A stretch of 62,286 bases of DNA, the filler included, from Sphacelaria rigidula (taxonomy: Eukaryota), in the NCBI GenBank assembly GCA_964200075.2. It is 10 parts of 10 records of this genome, joined end to end, with 100 filler letters (N's around TTAATTAATTAA, not from the genome) between each part and the next. Parts side by side here need not be neighbours in the genome. Positions count along the whole stretch, not along the records: positions 37,435 to 43,572 come from CAXNAA020021984.1; positions 43,673 to 49,810 come from CAXNAA020021985.1; 8 more parts are not named here. One strand, 5' to 3'. Position 1 is the first letter of the stretch. The number at the start of each line of letters is the position of its first letter. Both the position numbers and the translations under genes were made by a program. Shown one piece after another: positions 37,435-49,605 of the stretch. The notes below the pieces were generated by a model that made no database searches, was not told the origin of the DNA, and was given only the letters and a program-made list of their open reading frames with translations.

Positions 37435-37648
37435 CACAGGCGACGAGGGAATGGGACTGCTGAACCCCTCTCGCGATAAAGAATAAAGGCAAGCACCGCA
37501 GAAGGAAGGTGGGGTACTAAAAACAAATAAAACAGAAAAAGCTCCTGTGTTGACCTCCCTGCTGTGTGACCCCAGCTGATGCGCCCACATATCCCGAAAG
37601 GGGCAAACTGGCGTCCAGAATAAATGGGACGACAACACACACACACAG
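37435..37648 (+). mobile_element. SINE 3' part, same family as 41027-41388
   Basis: Colinear blocks GCACC.CA...GAAGGTGG, TGTG..ACCCCAGCTG.TG, ACTGG.G.CCAGAATA.ATGGGACGACAACACA, and a (CA)n tail. Confidence 0.8.
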
Positions 37649-38619
37649 TAGCGAGATTCCATGAAGATGCTTCTCGACGTTTACACTTGAAATGGTCAAT
37701 GCTACCGCGGGTACGGAGTATGTACTTCGAACTAGAATGATACAAAACGGGAGCAGCTGCGGGTTTTGGACGCGAGCTAACCTTACCTGCGCTTACCACA
37801 GACAGTGCCGCGCAAATGCGTCGTCGCGAAAGCTCCGCCGACCGAACGTCCGTAAACAGTCTGACCAGCGAAATTATATGGACCTAGATCAATGTACATG
37901 AGACGACAACGTTTCCCTGTGACGACGGATCGTGAGCGTCACCCCACCTCACTCCAGGACATAGAGAACAGGCACCGTAGGTACGGTAGGTACCCGGTAC
38001 CGCTATTTGGGAAATCTCATACCCTACTGATACCGGTCTAATCGGGTATTTTCAAGTGTCACACCTACGATACCCACGATACCACGGTATTTCGATATTT
38101 CAATACTAACGAGTCGATGAGTAGACATCCCCGTCGATTGATGGTTGCGCCGCAGGCAAGAAAAAACGAAATACGACGCAAACGCCTCTTTTCTTCCTGG
38201 AAAAAATCAACTCATCATGATCAAATCAAGTTATTTTGACTTGATTGATTTAAGTTGACTAGATGATATAAATCAACTTATCAGCGACGCGTTGACGTGA
38301 TTGTTGATATACAACTCTACTGCCATGATAGTTTAGATAAAACCTACCACGGTTCGGATGAATCATTGCCGGTTCGAGTAGAGCCAAATCCACGATTTCT
38401 TAGGCCTGGTTGCTCGAAAGAGAGAAAAAAAGCCGACCGCTGGTCAAACAGGTCTCCACGCAACTTTTGCACCTTTCCATGTGCCTGGGCTGCGCGTACC
38501 TGGCTTGCAACGCTGAAAACAAAGCTTAAGGATTGATTCGTACGGTACGAATCAACATCGCTAAAATCAAGTAATTTCCAGACGAATCATCAACTCGTCC
38601 GACCGTGGGGAGCTACAGA

Positions 38620-38690
38620 CAGTGCAGTGCACTACAGTACAGTGCAGTGCAGTACAGTACAGTACAGTACAGTAAAGTACAGCACAGTAT
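38620..38690. repeat. (CAGTA/CAGTG)n pentanucleotide microsatellite
   Basis: Directly visible. Confidence 0.9.
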
Positions 38691-41026
38691 CGTTCACTGT
38701 TCTCCTCGGTGTTTGTAATGGACACACACGCGCACACAGCACAGTGGGAGAGCACACTCATACAATACACACACTTGGCTGTAGGCTTAGAAGAGGGAAG
38801 CCAGAAGAGAGAGAGGGAGGGAGAGATATCAACGCACAGTAGGACACAGCAACAACAGCAGACCCCAGACGCCTTGCCTTAGGTTGCCGACGTCAAATAC
38901 TGTATGCACGAGAGGGAAGGCACTTTCAGTACACATTACACGATTTCTTGGCTGTATACTGAGAAGAGGCGAGGCAGAAAAGACAGGAGAGAGACCAACG
39001 CAGACAGCGATGACCATATAGTAAATGCGGACTCCTTGCCGATTTTGACTACAGCCAGGCTCACCTTGCCGATTTTCTGGTCGCTCCATCCTTGTCGTCG
39101 GGGGTAAAACTTCACGGAGTGACGACCCGATTTGAGTTCGCTCGTAGTAGGGTTGGTACGGCGTCAACAGTTCTTGTCCGCTTGTCAAACCTCGTGCAAA
39201 GCGCAGCTCTGCAAGCACAAACAGTTCAGCAGTGCAAGGTCGCACCTCTGCAGTGTCCATTTGTCACCGTGGAAGCCGAGATACGCCCGCCGCCCGCGGA
39301 AGTTGCGACCAGAAGCGCCCGTACGTTCACCGTTTTTCGACAGTCGACACGCGGAGAGTAGTTCGAATCAATTAGATCACGTACTTCAACACCCCCTTCC
39401 ATCTCAGCCACGGACGGCGTCGGCACGCACAAGCGGAGACAAGGAAGAAAGCAGAAATGAAGCTGAATGTTCTTGAGGGTGTTCAAAGTGATTCGGAGAG
39501 CCGGTTGCTGCGTGTGATGCCTCCAACCTCCAAAAGTGCCTCGTTTGAAGGTGCGACAGTCAAGTCTCAGAAGTTCAATCAAGACTAGCGCTGGTCAAAA
39601 GGGGTCGAGTTGGACTGTTTTTGAGACCGCTCACAGGCAGAAGCCAAACATTACGCCATGAGCACCAATGAAGCTGAAACTTGTTGAGGGCGTCTCGATT
39701 GATGTTAGAACCCGCTCCCCTGGAGCGCAAAACATTGTATGTTTGGGTTTGTTGCGGCTCAGTATCACGCTCAAACGAAAAAGTGAAATGAGTTGACCTA
39801 GCTTGGGTGTGTAGGAAGCGCACGCAAGAAACCGCAGTGCAATCCTCTGCTTCGTCACCGACTTCTACGTGTTGTGTGATCGGCACTTTTGGGTTGAGGA
39901 TTAGTAGCGCTATTAACAGAAATCGAGGAGAGAATGGACTCGCAAGCAGTGCAGTACAGCCAGTGCGTATATCATTTGGGTGTGTAACTGTGTATGTATA
40001 TATGTATGTATGTATGTAGAGGTCCAACATGGCAAATTAAAAAAAATCGGTTCGCATTTATAAATATATATATATATATTGCCGCAAGCAAGTTGTCGCG
40101 ACATGCAGGTTAGTTGCATGCCACCAGACACTGCTGCTCATAGTTCTGTGCGGCTGTGCACAAAAGGTAATTCAGCCTTTCAACAGCGAGTACCCCTTCA
40201 AGTGTCGAGTTTCAGAGGGAGAATCCACAGAAGAATGACACAGCTACCGGCTGCTACGTGTTAGGGTTCCAGTGCAGAAGCCGAGGCGTCTGCAGCGATT
40301 GTAGTACGTGCACTGCCTTACATTTATCTGCTGGGGACACGTTTGCGGTTGTTTTCAGTACGCACGCGGCCGCCATTCGTCCAATACAGAACGGATTTCC
40401 GTCAAATAAAGACTGCCGTGTGTAGATTAGCAAGGGCTAGCAGTAATACTAATGCGCGTGAGTGATGGGCGTACGTTCGTGTTTTTTCGGGGCTAGGTGT
40501 GAAGGTGATGTGTTGCCTTGTTACGTGATGGTCTGCATCATTACACAGACCTTGGACCTGCTTGGACTAACGACCACTTCCAGACCCGCCGCATTTCCCA
40601 ATCGGCGCGCAGATATGGGTTCGTGCCGCCACTTGGATAGCCTGTACAGCACACAGCCACAACTGTGTACAGACAGCATGGTGTCTTCTACAGCAGTAGT
40701 GCAACAACAGTATGATATAGCGGTATTTTTTATTCTCGATGGCAAGCAGCTGATGCATACTGTATACAGTCCGTGTCGTCAGAGCATCCATACCATCGAG
40801 CATGCGTGTACTATACCCGGACGTATCCCCGCAAGCAGAGACACTTGTAAAATCAAACCATCACTGTACTACAAGTACCGCTGTCTGTTGTCTGCTGTGC
40901 GGACACACCATGTACTGCGGACAACAGACAACAAACAGCAGACAACTGTGTACAGACAGCGTGGTGTCTAGTGCAACAGCAGTGCCATAACAGTGATGAT
41001 ATGGCGGTATTCGCGACGGCAAGCAG

Positions 41027-41388
41027 AGCCCGGTCGCCCTGGTGGCTCAGTTGGTAACCTCGTAACCTCCTGGTGGTTCAGTAGGAGGATCGATTCCTGA
41101 AGCGATCTGGAATCTTTTCTCACACCATGCCCAACAGTGCAGCGCGACTATGTCGTGGGTACACAAAATTCGGCGTAACGATCGACGAGAGAAAGGAATG
41201 CTAGACCCTTCTCGGGATGAAAAAAACAGGCAGGCACCACAAAACGAAGGTGGAATATCAAAAACCGATAAAAGAGAAGAATTCATGTGTTGCCCTGCCT
41301 CCTGTGTCACCCCAGCTGGTGTGCCAACATGTACCGAAAGATGTAGACTGGTGCCCAGAATATATGGGACGACAACACAGAACACACA
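41027..41388 (+). mobile_element. Full-length tRNA-derived SINE with 7-bp TSD (CAAGCAG)
   Basis: A box TGGCTCAGTTGG, B-box-like GGATCGATTCC, and (CA)n tail. CAAGCAG lies at 41020-41026 and 41389-41395. The empty site is visible in the local duplicate at ~40740. Confidence 0.85.
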
Positions 41389-42244
41389 CAAGCAGCTGAT
41401 GCGCACTGGATACAGTCCGTGTTCAGATTTTCAAAAGTTCTAGTAAAACTGTATTTCTTCTGTGTTGTGTTCAGTGTAGTACTCTGTACTGCTATATACA
41501 GATTGCTCTGCTTCGCATCGCGCCTCAAATTTCCCCATCCTTTCTTACATTGGAATGGAATGAAAAAAGGACAGAAGATACAGACGCCCTGTTGGCGAAA
41601 ACTTGCACGTCTTCCATCATGGTGGACATCAGCAACAGAACTGCGTGATATGGTGGGCAACCGAGTTGCGTGCACGCTCATGGATAGTGCAGTCTGTACA
41701 AAGCTGCCCGTTGCTGAAGTCCTCTTCACGTCGTATGGTGAGCAGGGAGAACTGCTAGTCCTGGGCTGTCTGCACTGCATGTTGCCCGCTTTTCCTTCAT
41801 ATTCTCCTGACCGAAACACGCACGAGTACTCAAGACACCCTGCTTACAAGCGGTGCAGACAGTACAGACTGTGTGTACTGTACACGAGTGACCATGTGCC
41901 GTGTCACGAATTTGACTGTTTTTGGGATCTAAAGCTTGAACATCCATCTGGATCCAACTGCATCAAATCGATATTTTTCTCTCAGATCCATTTCACTGCT
42001 GTGTGTGCTGTTGCACTGAGGAGTGGGGTGTGTGCGACACAAGGACACAAACGCTGAGAGGTATGAAAAACATGGACTCTTGTCTAGGATCGTCGATCTT
42101 TCGTCCCGAAATACTGTAGTTTTTTGGTTATCCTGTATTTTCCTCGAAAATGATCATACAAATACCTCGGGCGAAAAACCACTTAGGCTACTTCTCATGT
42201 ATCAAAAAATATTTTCAAAAAAACGCGTTTTCTGATAAATGACA

Positions 42245-42745
42245 AAAAAAAACACCCAGGCTACGTCTCCTGTGTCGAGAATAACACTTGTTGAAAAGTG
42301 CATTTTTGCCCCATCTCCGTCGTTTTTCCCCCGGAAAGAGGACTAGGCGGCTGTGGACACCTTGGAATGACTTGCTCTACTCGCTGAAATGGTCCCAGAA
42401 CACCTCTGCGTTTCCCGTAAATCACGGTTTTGTTTTTGGCCAAACCTATATTTTCAGTAACAAACGATCAAGTTATCCAAAAGCAGGGGGGAAACTGACA
42501 TTTTTTTGGTAACTTGACTGTTACTGAAAGTGCAACTCTGGTCAAAAACGAAACCGTGACCTACGGCAAACGCAAAGGTGCTCAGAAACCGTTTCGGCGA
42601 GTAGAGCAAGTCATTCCAAGGTGTCCACATCCGCCTAGCCCTCTTTACGGGGAAAAACGACGGAGAAGGGCCAAAAATGCACTTTTCAACAAGTTATATT
42701 TCCTATACATAAGAAGTAGCCTTAATCCGGGTTTTGTTCTTGTGA
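42245..42745. mobile_element. Foldback element with ~190-bp inverted arms
   Basis: 42255-42441 is the reverse complement of 42540-42725 (e.g. GGACACCTTGGAATGACTTGCTCTACTCGC). Confidence 0.8.
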
Positions 42746-43672
42746 TTTTTGTTCGCCAAACGAACCTGCCTGAGGGTGTTTGTTTGGTGTCATCTCGCGC
42801 TCCCAGGGCAAAAAATGTCCAACATGATACCATTAACTCGGAGCACAACCCCAGGCGTGACCCCAGCTTGCTCTTCAGGTAGTATCAATTTCACAGCCGA
42901 ACACTTGCCCCTGTTGGGAATGAGCAGGTTTGAAGCGCAACTGATGCCGTTCACACGCGAACGCGCCCTCTCTTTATGCCGTTGTAGTTGTCGTTGGCGG
43001 CGTCATGTTGCCCGCTTACGGTGGCGCTAGTGGGAAATCTTCTCAAGACGTTGCTCCTCCTTACCCCACGCTTGAAACGCTCTAGCAACATCGCGCATTC
43101 CACCGCAGTCTCCATCTTTTCATATGCGGGGAGCAGACCCCGTGTCTTGGCAGGAGAGTACATCGGCATGCACGCGATGGTCTCTTTGCAGTCACCCTTC
43201 CACGATTGTTTTGCTCCTATTGAAGATGAACGGATTGGTGCGCGCTCTCACGTCGTTGACACACGAAGGCGCCTTTTCTTCACGCCGTTGAAGTTGTTGT
43301 TCGCGGCGTCATGTTACCCGCTTACGGTGGCGCTGGTGGGAGTTTTTCGCTGTGACTGCTGCTGTCGTTGCACACCTCCTTCATTATATTCACCTGTGGC
43401 ACCTTCGGCACCACGCTGTCGCGCAACCTTTCGAGGGCGCAAGCGTCTTGTCGAGTATACGCATCGGCGTACGTGGTTCGGAAGGAGCGTGCGCGCTTGC
43501 CCCTGTTGGAGATTAGCGGCTTTGTGCGCGCACTCACATCGTCGACACACCGCGTGTGTGTCGACGATGTGANNNNNNNNNNNNNNNNNNNNNNNNNNNN
43601 NNNNNNNNNNNNNNNNTTAATTAATTAANNNNNNNNNNNNNNNNNNNNNNNNNNNNNNNNNNNNNNNNNNNN

Positions 43673-43822
43673 CGGAGGGGTGCGCGGCCCTCGCGGCCCT
43701 CCGGGACGGTAGAGTTTGATTTCCTCTAGAGGGATGGAAGGCCTCCGGAGGCTTGTTATCCCCCTGGAGGGCCGCGCATCCCTCCGGAGGCATTTTGGGG
43801 TGTAGCCGAATGGCAGCGTGTG
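43673..43822 (+). mobile_element. Right end of a CAC...GTG MITE, same family as 3268-3668
   Basis: CCTCNNGAGG motifs and terminus GCATTTTGGGGTGTAGCCGAATGGCAGCGTGTG. Confidence 0.8.
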
Positions 43823-44419
43823 CAGGTAACCGACTTATTTTTGCGTGCTTGCTTTTTTTTTTTCCGGTAACCATGATGATGGTCGAGCCAGATCACATTG
43901 TGCGGGGTGGGAGAACCTCAACTCTGCGCAAAGGGGATGGTCGTACGTCATGTTTTAAATGTTGAGACGCCTATGAGGCATGCAGTGTGAGAGCCGTGGC
44001 TACGTCTCTGGAAGCTACTTCCTCGGGACGAGTCCGCGGTTCCCAAGGGATCAACCTATCTCTCCCCGGCGGTATACATGCCCCACATTTGGTCCTGCGG
44101 GTTGGGTCAGCATTCCCGTACCGCGTCAGCTCTCGCCAAGCAACTTCAATAAGTCAAGTGTTTGTTTACTCACGTACTAATATACTAATGCACACCTTCG
44201 GCTGTAGAAATCAGGTACTAGACTAACAGCGGATTATCAAAAATGGGGTTGAACAAAAAAATGAGGTTCAACTAAAAAGCAGTGCTTTTCCTGATCTCAA
44301 GTCATGACAAACGACTTTCATATGGACGCAACCTCATCCCTGCCGATCTTCAAAAACTATGTCGATGGATTAATAGCCTTCCGCTCCCCCAAGGGGCGTA
44401 TGTGCGAAAGCACAGCTGA

Positions 44420-44720
44420 CAATTTTTTCGTGAGATCGAGCGTAGAGGATACGATTGAAAGTGAGAAGCGGTCAACTATTAGTAGTGAATGAATCGTTTC
44501 AGCTCCGAAATGCCCCTCGACGAAGCCCGATATGCTTTCTGTGGTAGCTTGCCCCTGAAGCCGTTGATATCCCTGAGTAGGATATCTGTGTGTAGCTGTA
44601 AGAACACGCTAGTGATGCAGGCAAAGAAAAGCACACACGGAATGAAAAATTGGCCAGCTAAAGTGAATGATAAAATGCACTCTCAATCAGCGCTCTACTG
44701 TCAATCTCACGAAAACACTG
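44420..44720. mobile_element. ~300-bp MITE, copy of 21454-21749
   Basis: Colinear with the contig 4 copy. Ends TCAATCTCACGAAAACACTG. Confidence 0.8.
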
Positions 44721-46382
44721 TTATTTTTGCCTCGATTTCGGGGTAGAAAAAGGAGCACTTTTTGGCACAAAAATAGTGCTTTCGCGCATACCCTTTTAGA
44801 GAACGGAAGGCTGAACATCCCCCGAAGTAGTTTTAGGGAGGTCGGCAGGGATGAGGTCCTCCGTATGAAGGTAATTTGTCATGACTTTAGGTCAGGGAAA
44901 GCACTACGAGCATGATGTACACATGCATAAATAATAAACTTGTGAACTGGAGACAACGAGTACGTCATCACAGGAAACTGGCCCGCCAGTGGCAATACGA
45001 GAGTCGAAGGGTATGGCATACAGACCTGGTTTGTATGTCATACCATTTGACGAGAGTGGGCGGTCTCGAAACCCTCACATCTGTACAATTCGACCTCTGG
45101 TGCGTTGGGTCTAGCGGGGTCCTATACACTTGGGTCCTACGGTATGAATACAGTATCTTATTCAAGATAATCGAACTGCCATGGGACCTGATAGGACACT
45201 CCGCACAAGCTGCTTTGTTCTTAACGACCACCTAGGCTCACGGTCGATCCTTCCTATTATGGAGAGAATACGCCTACGATCGCCTTTGTGGAGATCCTTT
45301 GGTAACAAGGCTGTAGTGCAGCGATCGACCTTCTTCGAGAGGAACTGGAGACAACAATCTTCGGCTGCAGCACGAACGAGTATAAACTCTCACATCGTAC
45401 GATTCCTGTGATGTCCTACGTTCACATCGGCATACAACAATACACCAATTCGAAGCAAGCTCACCCGTTGGTGACCATTCTAACCCTAAAATAAGCGTGA
45501 AAACAATACCGTACGTATGGGTTATTATTGGTACGATAACAAGGTGGATTGTTAGTACTCGTACGATTGAACATTATATTTCCAGCCTTCGCGTTCAACA
45601 CGGATGTCCAACTCCATCAACACACACAGTTGAAAGTAAAATGATTCTTTGATTCTTTTACGAATCTTCCCGGAATGTCGTACTCGATTTGAGTCTGGAC
45701 ATCGATACAGTATTCGGATCTTCAGTACGCACCTCACAGTCCGGAGTGGTGCTCCCCCCAGCGAGCGCAGACGCATTTTCGTCAAACTCAGCGCCGCAGC
45801 GCCGATTTGACGTCTCCTAACAAATAATTAGACTACGTCGCCTAGACTGCCCCGTGTGCTCCTCTCACCCGAGTTTTTCGGTATTCGTCGGGTTGGGGTT
45901 GGGGTTGGCGATGTTTCATAAAGCATACATTTCCAATACATGACGTGGTTTAAAGAGTCATTCTACGGAGTGAAAAACCGTGCGCTCAACACAACCCATG
46001 ATAAATAATATCCGGCAATGTACCCGAAATGTCGCAGGGCATCATATATGCAGTACAACAGCAGTACCTTTTCTGCTTCAAAACATTTGGCGGGGGGCTC
46101 CATCCTACTTTGAAAAATAGTCGTGTTCGAACAACCACCCTGCTTCCCCCGCACAAGCGCGATAAGCCCAAGGTTCATCAAATAGGGGACCCTGTACTGT
46201 ACTGTAGTTTTACTACGGCACACATTAAAGACAGGACGAGAGGCAGAGGAGGAGAGAGACACACACACGTAGGATCAAACGATCGATTTTCGACCGTAGT
46301 AGGCGAGGTCAGGCTTTTCGTTTGGCGGCCTCGGGAGTACACCATTGTATTACGATTGTAACGCTCCTGTGTACATACATAC

Positions 46383-46578
46383 ATGAAAATGGTGGTCGCG
46401 TCAAAGCCGCCTTCAGCCGAACACAGCACCAACGTCATAAGCACAACGCCAACGCCAACGATGGAACAGCAGCGGCAAAAGCTCCAGCAACAAGGCGAGC
46501 AAGAACAGCAGCAGCAGCAGCCGCCGACGCCGCCGCCGCCGCCGCTGCAGTCACAGCAGGAGCCGCAGCAGCAGCAGC

Positions 46579-46645
<67 letters not shown>

Positions 46646-47171
46646 AAGGCAGCAGCAGCAGCAGCGAGAGATGCCTTCTGGTCCGCTCCAAACAACAACC
46701 GACACCGCTGTTGGGCAAGCACCTTCGGCACGATCAGCAATCCCGCCAAGCGCACCCTCTTCCCTTCTTCCTCCCCCACCGGAAGGTTTTGAGACTGATG
46801 CGGAGTCTGCGCCCTCCAGACAAGGCGTACACGCTCGAACAAGCTCGAGCGGTTCACCTGTCTCCAACGTGGATGGAGTACCCAAAACAACAGGAGAAGC
46901 AGGTGAAAAAGCGACAAACCCAGGAGCGCCGGAGGACGTATCTTTCAGGGATGCGGACGGGGATGTCGCTGGTGGCACGGACGGAGAGCAGGTGCCGCCA
47001 CAGATGCGCGCGCCTCACATATCCACGCTGTACAAGAAGAAAGACGTGATGACTAAACACTTTGGAGTAACCCCCGACCAGGCCTTAAGGACACAGGCGC
47101 TGCTGCGGTTGGGCGTGACGGATGAGGACGTGCGGATCGCGGAGAGGTTGATGGCAAATCGATCGGCTGGC
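46383..47171 (+). CDS. Probable first exon of a polyQ/Pro-rich protein
   Basis: 789 nt open from ATG to GGC|gtgagt (phase 0). Contains a CAG/CAA tract and ends HFGVTPDQALRTQALLRLGVTDEDVRIAERL. Confidence 0.75.
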
Positions 47172-48035
47172 GTGAGTATCATGGTCGCTTGTAGTGGACA
47201 GCACAGGCGGGCAGATAGTGGGTGATAAGGATTAGGGTCCACGGCCAGGTGGCGAGTGTGGTGCTGCAGCAAACCATTTCTTGTTCTCAAGCCCCACTTT
47301 TATTTCTTGTTCTTTCTTCAATCTCACCGCATCATCTCTACCGTGCGGTACACACCACCACTGCATACAACTGTCTTTACCTACCTACTACTACTGTACT
47401 GTGCCCTGCCTGTATGTATGAACTGTATTGTTCTGGACGACTAGATTTGATGTTTTCGGGGAGTCCCCCAAACTGAACCACGGCACGCAGCGAGCCAGCC
47501 TGCTCTGGTTTGGTGGAAATGTCCAAACATTGTTCCAGTATGATGAGTGTCGATGGAATTTATTTTGAAAGGGTTCGCTTTTGAGGCAAATATCAATGTA
47601 CGCCCGGTATCTGCTTCTAACGTCTTACCCGGTGGTTCGAGCCCAAACGCAACCATCGCGTTCGTACCGGTACGTATGCCAAGCCCCTTCTTTCCGTCAC
47701 TGCTCCACAGGCTACGAGCGTCTCCCGCATTGTGCTCCTGTAGCGTTTTTCAGATAGATATCCCCATCGTTCGTTCAGAATTTTTTCGTGTTCTTGTTTT
47801 TTGAATGCAAACACTCCTGTAATGATTCCAAAACAAACACCGAGAGAGATTTGAGAACGCAGTTGGTGTGGTGATGCAGGATCATGCAGGCAACGGCACC
47901 CCCCGAAGTTTCTCCGGCCAAGCTACCGCCCCAACAAGACAACACCCAATACCTATATCGACGGGGCAACCAACACCCACACACCGTCGAATGTTGTTTT
48001 TGTTTCGTCTTCCGGCACCTGTACGGATCCCCCAG

Positions 48036-48344
48036 CACGTTCAGTCGAAGGCGGAAATTTTGCTGGGCTACACCATAAAGCAAATGAGCTACCAAAAGGC
48101 GCTTGAAGTGCTGGGTGTATCCGAGGCCGTCGTAGAGGAGGAAAGAGCCAAGAGGCTGGGTGAATTGGGTCTGAGTTCATTGAGCACGGGCGGTAACGGC
48201 GGCGGGCCAGAGATGGGGGTACCGGAGGTGAATGATGATTCATGCGGAGGGTTCTTCATCAAAAGAGGGAGATCATCATCGAGTCACGATGAGGTGTCAA
48301 TGGGGGCTTCCGTTCCGGGGGAGGTCGCTCTAGGGTCTACGCGG
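48036..48344 (+). CDS. Next exon of the polyQ protein (HVQSKAEILLGYTIKQMSYQKALEVLGVSEAVVEEERAKRLG...)
   Basis: cccag| acceptor and CGG|gtgagt donor, 309 nt, phase 0-0, compatible with the preceding exon. Confidence 0.75.
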
Positions 48345-49297
48345 GTGAGTTTTCGGTGTTGGTCTTGAGCTGCTCGCGGACTTCGATGCTTGTGGTGACT
48401 GACTTTTGTTCCTCTCCACACTCGCTGCTGTTGTTTGTCTGTGCACTGCTACAGCCTGCAGACCCAGGACGAGATTATTTGTTGGTTTCAAATGAAGGTG
48501 CTGCTCTGTTACTGTACGTGAGGCTGTAGTACTGCGTTCACCACTGCTACAACAGTTGTACTACTGTGGTCTGTGTGCTATATCGTAATGGCTATACTGC
48601 AAAAGCTTTGTGACCCGTTGACATCTTCATTTTCCGCTTGTCCTCTCCCCTGTACGAAAGATCTTCGAAAATGCCGAATCATTCAGCCCATCGCAAGACT
48701 CTACTCCTTCCTGCCCTCCCCTCCCCGTCGGCTTCTCAGATAACTCAGATACAAGAGTCCGCATCTTGAAGGAACGGGGCAAGTGGTGTGCACTGACTTT
48801 GCGAACAATTATTTTTTGTCCATACCTAAGACACCTTAAAGCCATAGCCGTCTTCTTACATAATCGCCTGTCCTGTTCTGCCCGTCCCTCTTTACAATAT
48901 ATGTACTGGCATCGACAGTCAGTTCGTACTAAGACATTCAGTTGGCACTTGGGTTCTGCACACGAAGTATGCGCCGATAGTGCAAGCATCTTGCAGAGAC
49001 TTGTTCGTACTATTATACTGTAGTCCGCAGGCTTTCAGGTTCCCAGGTTACCGCTCATGGTGTGCGAACCGCCGTACGGAAGCCATCAGTTTCTCTTCTT
49101 CCCACGGAGTAAATTCCTGTAGAAACGACACACTTGGCCCGCGTCCCGGTCGTCCGGAAGCGGGTTTTATCAAATATGTGATCAACATGTTGGGGATACA
49201 TGTATACCTCGATGTTCTGACTAATTTATTGTAAACACATGAACTTCACAAGATGGACTTGTGGTGCCCACCGCATACAAGATGGAGACGCTCGCTT

Positions 49298-49605
49298 AAC
49301 CCTTACTTAGACCACGAGATTAGTCTTTCTGGATCATGCATACTTTTTTCCACTTGTAATTGATGCCGATTCAACAGAAGACGAACCTCACGGTCTAAGA
49401 GTTGAGAAAAAAGAATACATCGTACCGTATCGGGGATATATCGATACGCTGTCTGTACATCGTCAGTATAATCAGTATAGTTTTCCACTCCGAAATATGA
49501 CTCTTTTATATGTGGAGAACTTTGCGGGAGTTTGAGCAGTCCTACTGTACGAGTACTTGATTCGAGTCTTGACACCGATATTCGGATCTTCCGTCAGACT
49601 GACAA
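49298..49605 (+). repeat. Dispersed repeat with blocks shared with 45675-45735 and 55400-55520
   Basis: GTACT.GATT.GAGTCT.GACA.CGATA..TTCGGATCTTC and CTTAGACC.CG...GATCA..CATACTTTTTTC blocks recur. Confidence 0.6.

Noticed and set aside
41034..41105. Possible tRNA gene (A and B boxes)
   Set aside because: No complete cloverleaf. It continues into a multi-copy body with tail and TSD, so it is a SINE head. The same applies at 19919 and 60598.
46178..46978. Poly-Cys and poly-Ala/Val ORFs
   Set aside because: Alternative frames and strands of the CAG/CAA polyQ tract.
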